A DNA stretch of 64,000 bases from an uncultured Nitrososphaerota archaeon. GTDB taxonomy: Archaea > Asgardarchaeota > Njordarchaeia > Njordarchaeales > Njordarchaeaceae. Every line of letters begins with the position of its first letter. The first letter of the stretch is position 1. Positions 38,979 to 48,689 of this stretch are shown one piece after another. The notes beneath the pieces were generated by a model that saw only the letters and a list, made by a program, of their open reading frames with translations, was not told where the DNA came from and did no database searches. The translations under genes were made by a program, and so were the position numbers. The stretch is taken from contig CAZFGR010000001.1 in assembly GCA_964518475.1 (NCBI GenBank), forward strand, positions 96,001 through 160,000, read 5' to 3'.

Positions 38979-39330
38979 GGGCACGGCCATCCCCGGCGGG
39001 AAAGCCTCCCTACTCTCTGATCTCGAATCTCAACTTTTCCCCGCTTAGTCTCGGAGCATAGGGGCGCTGGGTTAGGCGCGCTCCCTTCCGGGCCTACGCC
39101 GATTCCCCACCGCCCCACGACGGGCTCCTAGACACCCGCCTTCCAGCGGGTGTCTAGGAGCACGCCCCTATCCCCGAGAGGCGGGGAATCATCGTCTCGA
39201 TTCGAGATCAGAGAGTAGGGTTTTAACTTCCCCATCCGGGGACTTTCGGGCCCGCCATATCGGGGATTTGCGGCCGGAACCGCTGTGCGGTTCCGGGAGG
39301 GACCCCGAGCCCCTCGCCCTAGCCGTGCCT
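38979..39330 (-). ncRNA. ffs: Archaeal SRP (7S) RNA, ~350 nt
   Basis: GC-rich island; terminal helix GGCACGGC/GCCGTGCC; Alu loops UCGGGG/CCCCGA; long helix 5; helix 6 with GGAA loop; helix 8 AGGCCCGGAAGGGAGC. Confidence 0.95.
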
Positions 39331-39509
39331 TTCTCCCTAGCCTAGTTAGGGTATCTAAATATATATGTGTTTTCTTATTTAATATATTGCTTCCTGGTGG
39401 CTTTTAAAGTCTTAACTCTTCATACAATAAAGAAAAATAATGGTGCAATTATATGAATTGAGGTCTTCTCAGAAGTGGTCTCGTTTAGCCTATATTTTAG
39501 TCTTGTAAC

Positions 39510-39776
39510 TCATATTCTAGAAATGGATTTTATTTCTGCACTGGCTCCTTCGATACTGTTTAGGATCTCTTCAAGTTGCCTAATTTTTTCTTCTTTCTCG
39601 GGGACAAGAAAAGCTATTATCAACTTATTTATTCCGAATGCTAATGGCTCTATCTTGTGATCTTTTATTTCAATATCATCAGGAAGGCTCTCCTTAAGAT
39701 CCTTTAAAACGCGTTCTAGGTCCGTATCTGTATCATCTGGATATATTTCCACAATAACAGCGTTGTAGGCTGTCAT
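39510..39776 (-). CDS. ef1b: Elongation factor 1-beta
   Basis: IYPDDTDTDL...EPLAFGINKL. Confidence 0.94.
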   Translation of the reverse strand: MTAYNAVIVEIYPDDTDTDLERVLKDLKESLPDDIEIKDHKIEPLAFGINKLIIAFLVPEKEEKIRQLEEILNSIEGASAEIKSISRI

Positions 39777-39788
39777 ACCTATACCACC

Positions 39789-40052
39789 TTAAGGATACTC
39801 ATAACCACATACAGGACATTTAGCAATATTTCCAGCCTTTCTACATTTAGAACATCTAATAAGAACACCCTCTCCACAGTTTGGACACTGCATTGCTATA
39901 GCTCCTATGTCTCTCGGAGAGATAACTTTGCTGCACGAGGAGCACCTAGGCATATCAATGTACCTTGGCTCAGTAATGCTCCTCCGATCTCTTATTGTTG
40001 GCATCTCGTTTTCTTCTCTTCTAGCTACTCTGAAGAGATTCGCTACCTTCAT
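39789..40052 (-). CDS. Double Zn-ribbon protein (DUF1610-like)
   Basis: CSSC...CPNCG...RCSKCRK...CPVCGYEYP; usual neighbour of ef1b. Confidence 0.88.
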   Translation of the reverse strand: MKVANLFRVARREENEMPTIRDRRSITEPRYIDMPRCSSCSKVISPRDIGAIAMQCPNCGEGVLIRCSKCRKAGNIAKCPVCGYEYP

Positions 40053-40127
40053 GGGAATCCCTCAAGAATTAAAAATATTAATGGTGAGAAAAACTAGATA
40101 TGGCTATAAAAGTTTTAGGGATTTACA

Positions 40128-41120
40128 ATGGATAGGGATGAGTTTATTAAGAGGCTAAAACCTGTCCAAGACATTACTATTCGAAAGGATATGAAAGTAA
40201 GGGAGCTGATAGAAGAATTCTCAAAAATTGGGGGATTTGTCGCTAAAAAAGTGTATATAGCAGCAGAAATTCTTGCAGACATGCTATTAGATGATAAAAG
40301 CACGAACTTTCTAGCTTTCCCAGCAGCTATTATCGCTACTGGTTTACGAGGAGTAATCGTTGAGATGGTGAAAAGAGGGTTCTTTGATGTTATAATTACG
40401 ACATGCGGGACTATTGATCATGATATTGCTAGAACGCGGCGGAGATATTATCAGGGATGGTTTGAGGCTGATGACTTATGGCTAAATGAGATGAATATTC
40501 ATAGGCTTGGAAATATCTTTATTCCGATAGAAAATTACGGAATTATAATAGAGGAAGTTGCACAAAAACTCTTAAAGAAGCTATGGAGAGAGGGAATATC
40601 AAGGATTTCAACGAGAGAATTAATTTGGCAATTAGCTGATGTCATTGATGAGCAGAAAGACTCTCGAGAAAAAAGCCTCATATGGTGGGCTCGAAGGAAA
40701 GGAATTCCTATATATGTTCCTGGGATAACCGATGGAGCTTTTGGATATCAGATATGGCTCTTTTCTCAAGACAAAGACTTTATCATTGATATCCTAAGAG
40801 ACGAGACGGAAATATCTGAGATAATATATGATTCAGAAAGAACCGGAGCTCTAATAATAGGGGGAGGCATTTCAAAACATCACGTAATATGGTGGAATCA
40901 ATTCAAAGAGGGTTTAAATCGAGCAGTGTACATTACAACGGCAGTTGAATGGGATGGCTCCTTGTCTGGAGCAAGAACTAGAGAAGCGATTTCTTGGGGA
41001 AAAATCTCTAAGAAAGCCCAACACGTCACTGTAGAAGGGGATGCAACATATATTCTGCCTCTACTAGCTAGTTATTTGATAGATAAAGTAGGAGAGAGAA
41101 AGAATAAGAAACTCCTATGA
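40128..41120 (+). CDS. dys: Deoxyhypusine synthase
   Basis: HRLGNI, ITDG, GGGISKHH, DGSLSGARTREAISWGK, GDAT. Confidence 0.96.
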   Translation: MDRDEFIKRLKPVQDITIRKDMKVRELIEEFSKIGGFVAKKVYIAAEILADMLLDDKSTNFLAFPAAIIATGLRGVIVEMVKRGFFDVIITTCGTIDHDIARTRRRYYQGWFEADDLWLNEMNIHRLGNIFIPIENYGIIIEEVAQKLLKKLWREGISRISTRELIWQLADVIDEQKDSREKSLIWWARRKGIPIYVPGITDGAFGYQIWLFSQDKDFIIDILRDETEISEIIYDSERTGALIIGGGISKHHVIWWNQFKEGLNRAVYITTAVEWDGSLSGARTREAISWGKISKKAQHVTVEGDATYILPLLASYLIDKVGERKNKKLL

Positions 41121-41144
41121 TTGCTATTATGATTTTATGATTAT

Positions 41145-41202
41145 CTATCAGAGCGTCGCGAGATCTTCATGAGGATCCGATTGGAGTGGCTTCATCATGC
41201 TC
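41145..41202 (-). ncRNA. C/D box guide sRNA
   Basis: Minus strand: C ATGATGA, guide AGCCACTCCAAT, D' CGGA, C' ATGAAGA, guide TCTCGCGACGCT, D CTGA. Confidence 0.87.
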
Positions 41203-41286
41203 TAAATGAATTTTGCAGAGTAAAGATTATACGCGGACGAGATTAAACATAAATTTAAAGTTCCCAATCTAGATTAAACCTTGCAT

Positions 41287-41356
41287 GCCCCCGAGTCGGG
41301 GAGGCGGACCTAGAAAGATCTCTAGGGATGACTTCCTCCCCACGGGGGCTACATTA
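41287..41356 (+). ncRNA. H/ACA-like single-hairpin sRNA with K-turn
   Basis: GC-rich hairpin GCCCCCG...CGGGGGC followed by T-ACA; apical GA/GATGA K-turn capped by CCTAGA/TCTAGG stem. Confidence 0.6.
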
Positions 41357-41360
41357 TTTA

Positions 41361-41969
41361 TTACTCTTCTTTTAACACTTCTTTCAGAATTCTCTCTATC
41401 TCGTCTTCTTTAACTTTAACCTCTTTCTTCTTAGGAATCTTTATTCCTTCACGTTCTGCAATTTTTTCAACTAATTTTTCTGCTGACTCATCCAGGTCAC
41501 TTTCCGATATTTCACCAAGCGTCTCTGTAAAAAGTTCTTCCGTACTTGCTATTTTCTCAGATGTTTTAGCTAATTCCGAAAAGGCTTCCATTAGTTCTTT
41601 ATCCCCAACCATCGTAGCTACCTGCGTAATATTAGGAGCTAGTTCCTTAATGGAATCTGCCAGATCTTTTATTATTTCGCCGCGTTCTATATAGCCTCGA
41701 AAAGTACTTACTAGAGATCTGATTCTTGTAGCACTTATTAATCCTCTATCAAGTAAAATTGCTTGTTTTGCATGTTCCCTAGCTAAATCTATATTCCCAC
41801 TTCTTAATGCTTCCCTAATCCTTATTATTTCTTTCTTCCTACGCTCTCTAAGCTCCATTTCATGCCTTTCTAATCTTCTTTCAAGTATTCTCAACTTTAT
41901 CTTGATATTAGTTTTAGTAGGGGATGGTTCCCCTCTTAACCACTTCCAGAATTTTTTAAGAACAGACAT
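41361..41969 (-). CDS. ESCRT-III protein (Snf7 family, Vps2/24/46-like)
   Basis: Amphipathic N-terminus MSVLKKFWKWLRG; basic helical hairpin (IREALRSGNIDLAREHAKQAI); acidic C-terminal half ending EIERILKEVL. Confidence 0.85.
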   Translation of the reverse strand: MSVLKKFWKWLRGEPSPTKTNIKIKLRILERRLERHEMELRERRKKEIIRIREALRSGNIDLAREHAKQAILLDRGLISATRIRSLVSTFRGYIERGEIIKDLADSIKELAPNITQVATMVGDKELMEAFSELAKTSEKIASTEELFTETLGEISESDLDESAEKLVEKIAEREGIKIPKKKEVKVKEDEIERILKEVLKEE

Positions 41970-42037
41970 CCAAAAACACCAGATTATAAACTATGAATTA
42001 TTAAGAGTTATTAGCTATATTATCGTTTTTCTAACAA

Positions 42038-43984
42038 CTACTGGTTAAGCTCTTTGATGACTTGTTGCAGTTTTTCCCGTAATCGCTCACTAACAGTCTT
42101 TCCATCGATTTTTCCTCGGACAATTTTCATCACGTCACCCATTAGGGGTTTGAATGCCCTTTCTCTTCGCTTCTTTACCAATTCAATATTATTTCTTATA
42201 ATTTTCTCTATTATCTTATCCAATTCCTCAAGAGAGATCTTCTTGATACCTAACTCTTTTAGAATATCACTAATCTCCCTCTCTGGATTCTTAGATAATT
42301 CTTTAAGAACCTCTGGAAGAGCTTCTTTGGAGAGTTCTCCTTTCTTATAGTATATGAAAACCTGTACTAATTTTTCATCTGGGATTCTGTCCACTAAGAA
42401 GCCCTCTCTCCTTAGACTCGTCATTGTTTCCAGGATTACTGTTGCTACTAGTTTTGGCGGAACTCCTATTCTAACTATTTCCTCAAAGACCTCGCTTCTC
42501 TCGGAAAGTACAATTCGTTCAGCGTATTCTTTACTTAATCCGTACTCTTTCATGTATCTTTCAACACGTTTCCATGGATACTCTGGAAGAGATTTCATGA
42601 TTCTCTCAATAATCGATCTATTGAGAACGATGGGTGGTGAATCCGTGTCTGGGTATAACCTAGCAGCCCCTCCTAAAGGTCTTTCGAAACTAGTGGTTCC
42701 GTCAGGATTAGCTTTACGAGTCTCTGTGGGAACACCATCTAGTGCTTCTTTTGCTCTCTCTCGTACCTCTTCTAGCGCCTCTATGGCTTTTTTCTCTGGC
42801 CCAACTACTATAACGATGCAATCTCTCTCCCTATCCGCTTTCAAAACTTCAAACAACTTTTCTTTCTCTTCTTTCGATATTCCATACGCTGGTAACTCAT
42901 CTGTATGAATTATTCCCTTTAACCCAGTTATTACGGAAACTCTTTCAGCAAACTCCTTTCCAAATCTCTTACCCGGCAAGATCTCTCTTCCTAATAATCC
43001 GCCAAAGTTGGGTAGCTTTATGGCGAAAACTTTTTCTCCTCTTTTAATTGCTCTTGAAATGAATTTTGCCTCAGTCCCCATGAAAATATCAGTCACGTCT
43101 ATTATCGGCTCCTTTTCGATGCTTTCTTTCGTAACACCTCTTGCCTTAAGTTCTTCTGCAATTTTAATTAAAGCTAGTTGTCTCTTTATCTCGTTATCTA
43201 TTAATGACTTAAACCATTCTGGTCGTTGCACTCCCTTAATTTCTACTCTGTTTCCGCCTTTAATACTAACATTTATGTCTTGTCGAATCGTTCCAATGCC
43301 TCTTAACACTTTTTTCGTAGCTCGTAAGAGAGCACCGATTCTTAATGCGGCATCCAAGACCTCTTCAGGAGAAGATAGTGATGCATCAGTGGTTATTTCA
43401 ACGAGAGGTATTCCTAGTCTATCCACTCTATATACGGTTTCTTTATCATTTTCAGCGATTTTTCTAGCAGCATCCTCCTCCAGACATAACTGAAGAATTC
43501 GTAATCGCTTTCCGTTTGATAATTCAACATAACCATCAAGCCCAACAATTACTGTTCTTTGAAAACCAGAAGGAACGCTACCATCTAAGTATTGTTTTCT
43601 AGATACTAGCAAGATATCTGGGATTTTCATATTGAATAAAAGCGCAATCATTAGTGCTATCTCTAACGCTTCTTGCGAAATTTCATAAGGTGGTATCTCG
43701 TCTAACTCATACAAGCATGTTGTATCCTTATAAGCTTCATAGATAATTGTCTTTCTCTTCTTGAACTCTTTTTGCATTGTAGGATCTATCTCACCCGTCT
43801 CTCCAAGTGTGGGTCTCATGAACCTAATAACTCTAATATCAGGATCATCCCGCCTAAGTATAGGAGGACAGTAACAGAATAGTTTTCGTGAAGTCTTTAA
43901 TTGCTGGTGAATCTCCAGCCCAACCTTTAATCCAACCTCTCTATAGAAGTCGCTCTCAACACTTTCCGCGGCCATAAGAATCAC
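42038..43984 (-). CDS. gatE: Glu-tRNA(Gln) amidotransferase subunit E
   Basis: GLKVGLEIHQQL, DGSVPSGFQRT, LEEDAAR, RGIGTIRQD, AARLYPDTD. Confidence 0.97.
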   Translation of the reverse strand: MILMAAESVESDFYREVGLKVGLEIHQQLKTSRKLFCYCPPILRRDDPDIRVIRFMRPTLGETGEIDPTMQKEFKKRKTIIYEAYKDTTCLYELDEIPPYEISQEALEIALMIALLFNMKIPDILLVSRKQYLDGSVPSGFQRTVIVGLDGYVELSNGKRLRILQLCLEEDAARKIAENDKETVYRVDRLGIPLVEITTDASLSSPEEVLDAALRIGALLRATKKVLRGIGTIRQDINVSIKGGNRVEIKGVQRPEWFKSLIDNEIKRQLALIKIAEELKARGVTKESIEKEPIIDVTDIFMGTEAKFISRAIKRGEKVFAIKLPNFGGLLGREILPGKRFGKEFAERVSVITGLKGIIHTDELPAYGISKEEKEKLFEVLKADRERDCIVIVVGPEKKAIEALEEVRERAKEALDGVPTETRKANPDGTTSFERPLGGAARLYPDTDSPPIVLNRSIIERIMKSLPEYPWKRVERYMKEYGLSKEYAERIVLSERSEVFEEIVRIGVPPKLVATVILETMTSLRREGFLVDRIPDEKLVQVFIYYKKGELSKEALPEVLKELSKNPEREISDILKELGIKKISLEELDKIIEKIIRNNIELVKKRRERAFKPLMGDVMKIVRGKIDGKTVSERLREKLQQVIKELNQ

Positions 43985-44199
43985 ACTAGTTTTTAGACTT
44001 TTCTAAGCCAAAAGTTTCAGCTTTGTCTTACTAAGTTAAGTTTTCCCTTTCTTATGTAGTTAAAGCTTTTTTCGCAAGATTGCTTAGGAAAAGTGGGGTA
44101 TCAATAATCCCCCTAGAACATAGCGCTAAGCAAACTCTGTCCGAGAAATTTAGTTTTAAAGCATAATAACAGCTACCCACAATACGTTTTTCAAGTGTC

Positions 44200-44877
44200 T
44201 TATACATAACGACTTACTTGATAAATTGCTTCCTCAGCAGCTTTTCCTCGGACAATAATATAATAAGGTTCCTTCTTACTTAGCTCTAATAACTCCATTC
44301 TATAAATTGAGGGAGCTAATTTAGAGAGAATCGTTAATCGAATAGCACTTCTGAATACTGGTTCTATGCCGGTTCCTCTTATAGCTATTGTCGGATAAGC
44401 AACAAAAGGTCTATCAAGGTTCAAGACTCGTAAGATAACTGTTATGGGGAGAGCATCTATTAAATCTCTCTTATTCAGAGCAATCACTAGAGGAATCGTC
44501 TTAAACCTGCTTCCAAAAAATGTTTTAAGTTCATTCATACTCTCTAGATTTTCCCTTATTGCCCTAGGATCACTATCAGCCACGAAGATTATTCCATCCA
44601 CTCCCTTCAATAGAATAATCCTTTGTTTACGATGCCTTTTTTGACCAGGAGCAGCATATACGTCACAGTATATGTTATTATGAATTTGTACTGTAGTATA
44701 ATCGAAGAAAATTGTTCTCCCATCATCCTGCTCAATAGATAAAACTTTTGCTACTTTATCAGGATTCATACTCTTAAAGCTTCTCAGCATCGTTGTTTTA
44801 CCGGAAAGAGATGGCCCATATAGAATTACTTTAAACCTATAACTACCATCTCTAGCAATATATACCACAATTAGCAC
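44200..44877 (-). CDS. MglA-like small GTPase
   Basis: YGPSLSGKTT, RTIFFDY, APGQ, LKGVDGIIFVADS, NKRDL. Confidence 0.85.
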   Translation of the reverse strand: MLIVVYIARDGSYRFKVILYGPSLSGKTTMLRSFKSMNPDKVAKVLSIEQDDGRTIFFDYTTVQIHNNIYCDVYAAPGQKRHRKQRIILLKGVDGIIFVADSDPRAIRENLESMNELKTFFGSRFKTIPLVIALNKRDLIDALPITVILRVLNLDRPFVAYPTIAIRGTGIEPVFRSAIRLTILSKLAPSIYRMELLELSKKEPYYIIVRGKAAEEAIYQVSRYV

Positions 44878-45364
44878 CTACTTCACTAGGAACGATTATG
44901 CCCTATTAAATATTTTCAATAGATTAATACATTAATTAACTTTTCGTTTTTTCTGATAATAAGCAAAGCGAAATTATGAATAATATCCCATTTAACGCGT
45001 CAGTTAATAGCGGATTGGATTGTTGGTAAGAAGTGAAAGTAACTACATTAATAGCCCTTAAGCCCTAGAATATAAATGCTGAAATTCATTGACAAAGCTA
45101 ATAGAGGAAGCTCTATGTTGGATCACACTATTTGTCATAGAATGACTGGCTCGAAAAGAATATAAGGAAAATGTTAGCGCAAAATTATATATAGCAAGAG
45201 CCAGTATATTCTAGATTCTTATCTATCCTGATATCTTAATAAGATGTAATATTCTGGAACCGCAGAACCTTGCCTTCGCTAATTGATAATTAGTTTATAG
45301 TCGGAGAGTGTTATCATAATGTTAGGGATCTCAAGTATCTATATGTGCCTTTAGGTGTACTCTT

Positions 45365-47083
45365 ATGGCTACTCAAGCATTGTCAGTATCTCCAGCAAAA
45401 TTTTTCGCTGATAATAGAAGTATAGCTGGGTTTGGTAATCCAGCAAAAGCTTTGTTTACATCGATCAGAGAGTTAGTTGAGAATTCTTTGGATGCTGCTG
45501 AGAGTGTGAATGTATTACCAGAAATTAAAGTTAGATTAAGAAAACCAACTTCTGATGAACTGAGAGAATTAATTGGAATATCCGACGAAATACACAAACG
45601 ACTTTTAGAACTCCAGGGAGCTCCAGAAGAAAGTGATTCAGAACAAGCCGAGACCGAGCCTTCTGCGGAAATCTTTGAATTAATAGTGGCCGATAACGGA
45701 TCTGGAATGTCGTATGACGAAATTCCTTTCCTTATGGGTCGCGTTTTAACATCGACTAAATATTCCCTCATACAGCAGAGAGGAAGGTTTGGTCTAGGAG
45801 GTAAAATGGTAATAATTTACTCATTAATGGAAACTAATGCTCCAGTGGAGATCTGGAGTGCTAGGAAAAAAGATCCTTACGTTTCCCATTATTTGCTAAA
45901 AATTGATCTGATAAAAAATGAACCCATAATCAAACTTCGTAAAAAAATACCTAAGAATAAATTCCGTGACCCATGGAATAGGCCACTGGAGCACGGTACC
46001 ATTATAAAGGTATTCGTATTAGGGGATTGGAGACGATCCAGGCGGTACATCTTAGAATACTTTAAACAAATGGCAATTATAACCCCCTACGCAACTTTCA
46101 TATTTGAGGATCCTGATGGAAATATCCATGCCTACGAGAGAATAACCGATGAGATGCCGTCTCCCCCCAAACCTTCTAAGTTCCATCTTCAGGGTATTGA
46201 TGCTCAAACGCTCAGCATGCTTCTAAAAAGTAGTAAGGCTAAGACAATCAAGGAATTCCTCATTAAAGAGTTTCAACGCATAGGTCCTAGAACCGCTGAG
46301 CAATTCTTACATGTTGTCGGTATAGATCCAGATACTCCTCTTCGGGAAATAATCCGAAACGAAAAAATAGTTGCTGCATTAGTAGAAGTTGCTAGAAAGT
46401 TTAAATTTAAACCGCCCGATCCCTCTTGCTTATCTCCCCTAGGAACAAAACTACTAGAGGAGGGAATTAAACGAGTCCTAAATCCCGAATTCGTTTATGT
46501 GACACAACGTAAACCTTTCTCGTACATGGGTCATCCAATGATTGTCGAGATAGGCATAGCTTACGGTGGTAATATCCCACCTGGGATCCATCTATATAGA
46601 TTCGCTAATAGGGTTCCTCTACTATATAAGGAGAAAAGCGATGTTTCTTGGAAAGTATTGGAGAGCATTGATTGGACACGATATGGTGTCAAAAAAGATG
46701 AAGACCCAGTAGCAGTTTTTGTCTCAGTCGTTAGCACTCGTGTTCCTTTTTCTGAGACGTCCAAGGATTTCATTGATGATGTTGATGTATTGCGAAGAGA
46801 GATAAAATTGGGTATTCTAGAAGGACTTCGAAGACTGCGAGAGTACATAAACAGGAAACGTAGACGAGAACTACAGTTAAGAAGGCGAAGAACGTTCATA
46901 CATTATGCTAAAAATCTCGTTAGAAGCATTTCATCCATTCTTAAAACAGACGAAACTCTTCGAGATTTGCCGATTCATTCGGAGGACTTCCTATTTGCTA
47001 CATTGGCGGACTTAATAGAACTTAAGGTTGAAAAAACGTCTATAACAGAGCCAGAAGAAGAGGAGAATATTAATGAGCAATGA
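45365..47083 (+). CDS. top6B: DNA topoisomerase VI subunit B
   Basis: RELVENSLDA, DNGSG, QRGRFGLG, H2TH, RFANRVPL. Confidence 0.95.
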   Translation: MATQALSVSPAKFFADNRSIAGFGNPAKALFTSIRELVENSLDAAESVNVLPEIKVRLRKPTSDELRELIGISDEIHKRLLELQGAPEESDSEQAETEPSAEIFELIVADNGSGMSYDEIPFLMGRVLTSTKYSLIQQRGRFGLGGKMVIIYSLMETNAPVEIWSARKKDPYVSHYLLKIDLIKNEPIIKLRKKIPKNKFRDPWNRPLEHGTIIKVFVLGDWRRSRRYILEYFKQMAIITPYATFIFEDPDGNIHAYERITDEMPSPPKPSKFHLQGIDAQTLSMLLKSSKAKTIKEFLIKEFQRIGPRTAEQFLHVVGIDPDTPLREIIRNEKIVAALVEVARKFKFKPPDPSCLSPLGTKLLEEGIKRVLNPEFVYVTQRKPFSYMGHPMIVEIGIAYGGNIPPGIHLYRFANRVPLLYKEKSDVSWKVLESIDWTRYGVKKDEDPVAVFVSVVSTRVPFSETSKDFIDDVDVLRREIKLGILEGLRRLREYINRKRRRELQLRRRRTFIHYAKNLVRSISSILKTDETLRDLPIHSEDFLFATLADLIELKVEKTSITEPEEEENINEQ

Positions 47084-48200
47084 CTATTTTCAGGGCTACT
47101 CTTATAAACAATTCTTCATTGTTATGCTAGCAGAAGATCCATGGAGCTATTTACGAACATTGAGAATACCTTCGGAAATTAAGGTATTATCTGGCTTGAG
47201 AGGATTTAAGAGGAAAAAAACAGATATAGAGACGGTAGCGATCGGGGATAAATACACGGGTATGCATATTCTTAATAGTGATTTCATCGTCGCACCCATC
47301 AAAGTTCCCAGAATTAAGGAAACATTAATTCCTTATATAGCAGGCAGCGTAAGAAAGGAGAGTTTAATAATTTGGAGAGACCCTCATGATTATCACCCCC
47401 TCTACTACTCAAGGCTTCCAGATGGATATATTTTTTCATCAAGAATGGAATGGATTTGGCGTATTGGTTTTAGATCCAAGATCTTCCCCAAAGAAAAAAA
47501 GGCGCTAATAGATAAAGCAAGTATTTATTTCAGAAATAGAGAAATCCAGAAACAATCTAAGTCAGCGCTTTTTTTACAAACAATTAGTAGAGTTCAAAAA
47601 GTACTAAAAAATAGAGTATCGCTTAACATTATTCTTCTTGGTACTCCAGAGGATATTTTCCTGTTAAATTTCTTATCAGATATCAAGGACTCCTTGGACA
47701 ATGTGCAATTAAAGGTATTAGTTCCAGACGTGGTAAATGGAGAATTACAAAGACTTACTGTTGAGGATGTAGAAAGCATTCCAGTAAATGATTTAACCAC
47801 CGACGAGAATATACGCAGGTGGATTGAGCTTTCAGAAAGCTCTGATCCGGGTCTCTTCCTTAGAACTAGTCATCTTCTATCATATAGAGAGAATCTGGTT
47901 AAAAATACTGTTACAAATGTGAATGTGCTACCTATTGCAAGAGAGAATAACAAGGATAAAGCGTTACAGTGGGTATCTTTTAAGCTTTTATGGCCAGCAC
48001 TATGCGTGTTTATTCCGCCCTCAACCAGAAAACTAGCGGAAAGAGAGACTATAAGATTGCGTCAATATATGGATGCTTGGAAAAAATATCGCGAAAAACT
48101 TGTAAAGGAGCTTCAATTTAAAGCAATGGAAAAAAATTTAAAGCGGGTTGAGGAATATTTTGCTATTATCTTCAAAGACTTATTTCCCTACACTAGATAA
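47073..48200 (+). CDS. Degenerate asparagine synthetase (Ntn amidotransferase)-like protein
   Basis: RDPHDYHPLYYS...IFSSRM resembles AsnB RDxxGxKPLYY...FASE; no N-terminal Cys and no SGGxDS. Confidence 0.4.
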   Translation: MSNDYFQGYSYKQFFIVMLAEDPWSYLRTLRIPSEIKVLSGLRGFKRKKTDIETVAIGDKYTGMHILNSDFIVAPIKVPRIKETLIPYIAGSVRKESLIIWRDPHDYHPLYYSRLPDGYIFSSRMEWIWRIGFRSKIFPKEKKALIDKASIYFRNREIQKQSKSALFLQTISRVQKVLKNRVSLNIILLGTPEDIFLLNFLSDIKDSLDNVQLKVLVPDVVNGELQRLTVEDVESIPVNDLTTDENIRRWIELSESSDPGLFLRTSHLLSYRENLVKNTVTNVNVLPIARENNKDKALQWVSFKLLWPALCVFIPPSTRKLAERETIRLRQYMDAWKKYREKLVKELQFKAMEKNLKRVEEYFAIIFKDLFPYTR

Positions 48201-48234
48201 TACTCGTCTTCTAGTAAAAAAAGGTGATACAAAA

Positions 48235-48579
48235 ATGCCAGAATACTGTGAACGTTGTGGATCGTTCATGCGAGTAAAGGAAATAAAGGACAATGGTATC
48301 ATCATATACACCTGCCCTGTTTGCGGTTGGTCAAAAGAAGTAACTAATAATAAGCCAGAGAGTAGTGCTTCCTTAGTCATTGACAAAGCTGCTAGTACAG
48401 TCGTTATTATTGATGAATCAAAAATTAAACGTCGAGGAGTTGTTGCTAAGGTGCAATGTCCTAAATGCGGTAATTTAGGAGCATATGTTGAAGTTGTACA
48501 AACAAGAGCTGCTGATGAGCCTCCAACGAGGATATATCACTGTACAAAATGTGGTTATACGTGGAGAGAATACTCCTAG
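48235..48579 (+). CDS. tfs: Transcript cleavage factor TFS (RpoM/TFIIS-like)
   Basis: Two Zn ribbons; QTRAADEPPT...CTKCGYTWREY; ATG 48235 after GGTGA. Confidence 0.95.
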   Translation: MPEYCERCGSFMRVKEIKDNGIIIYTCPVCGWSKEVTNNKPESSASLVIDKAASTVVIIDESKIKRRGVVAKVQCPKCGNLGAYVEVVQTRAADEPPTRIYHCTKCGYTWREYS

Positions 48580-48689
48580 GTAAAAATCATGTACAGTATC
48601 TAACATTTGTTAGCATTTTACATGAGTCATCAAAGATCATCTCTTTCACTACACTCCAATGAAATTAAGATAAAAGATATTAGATAACG

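Noticed and set aside
39008-39300. Long inverted repeats suggesting a MITE or palindromic element
   Set aside because: They are explained as helices of the SRP RNA.
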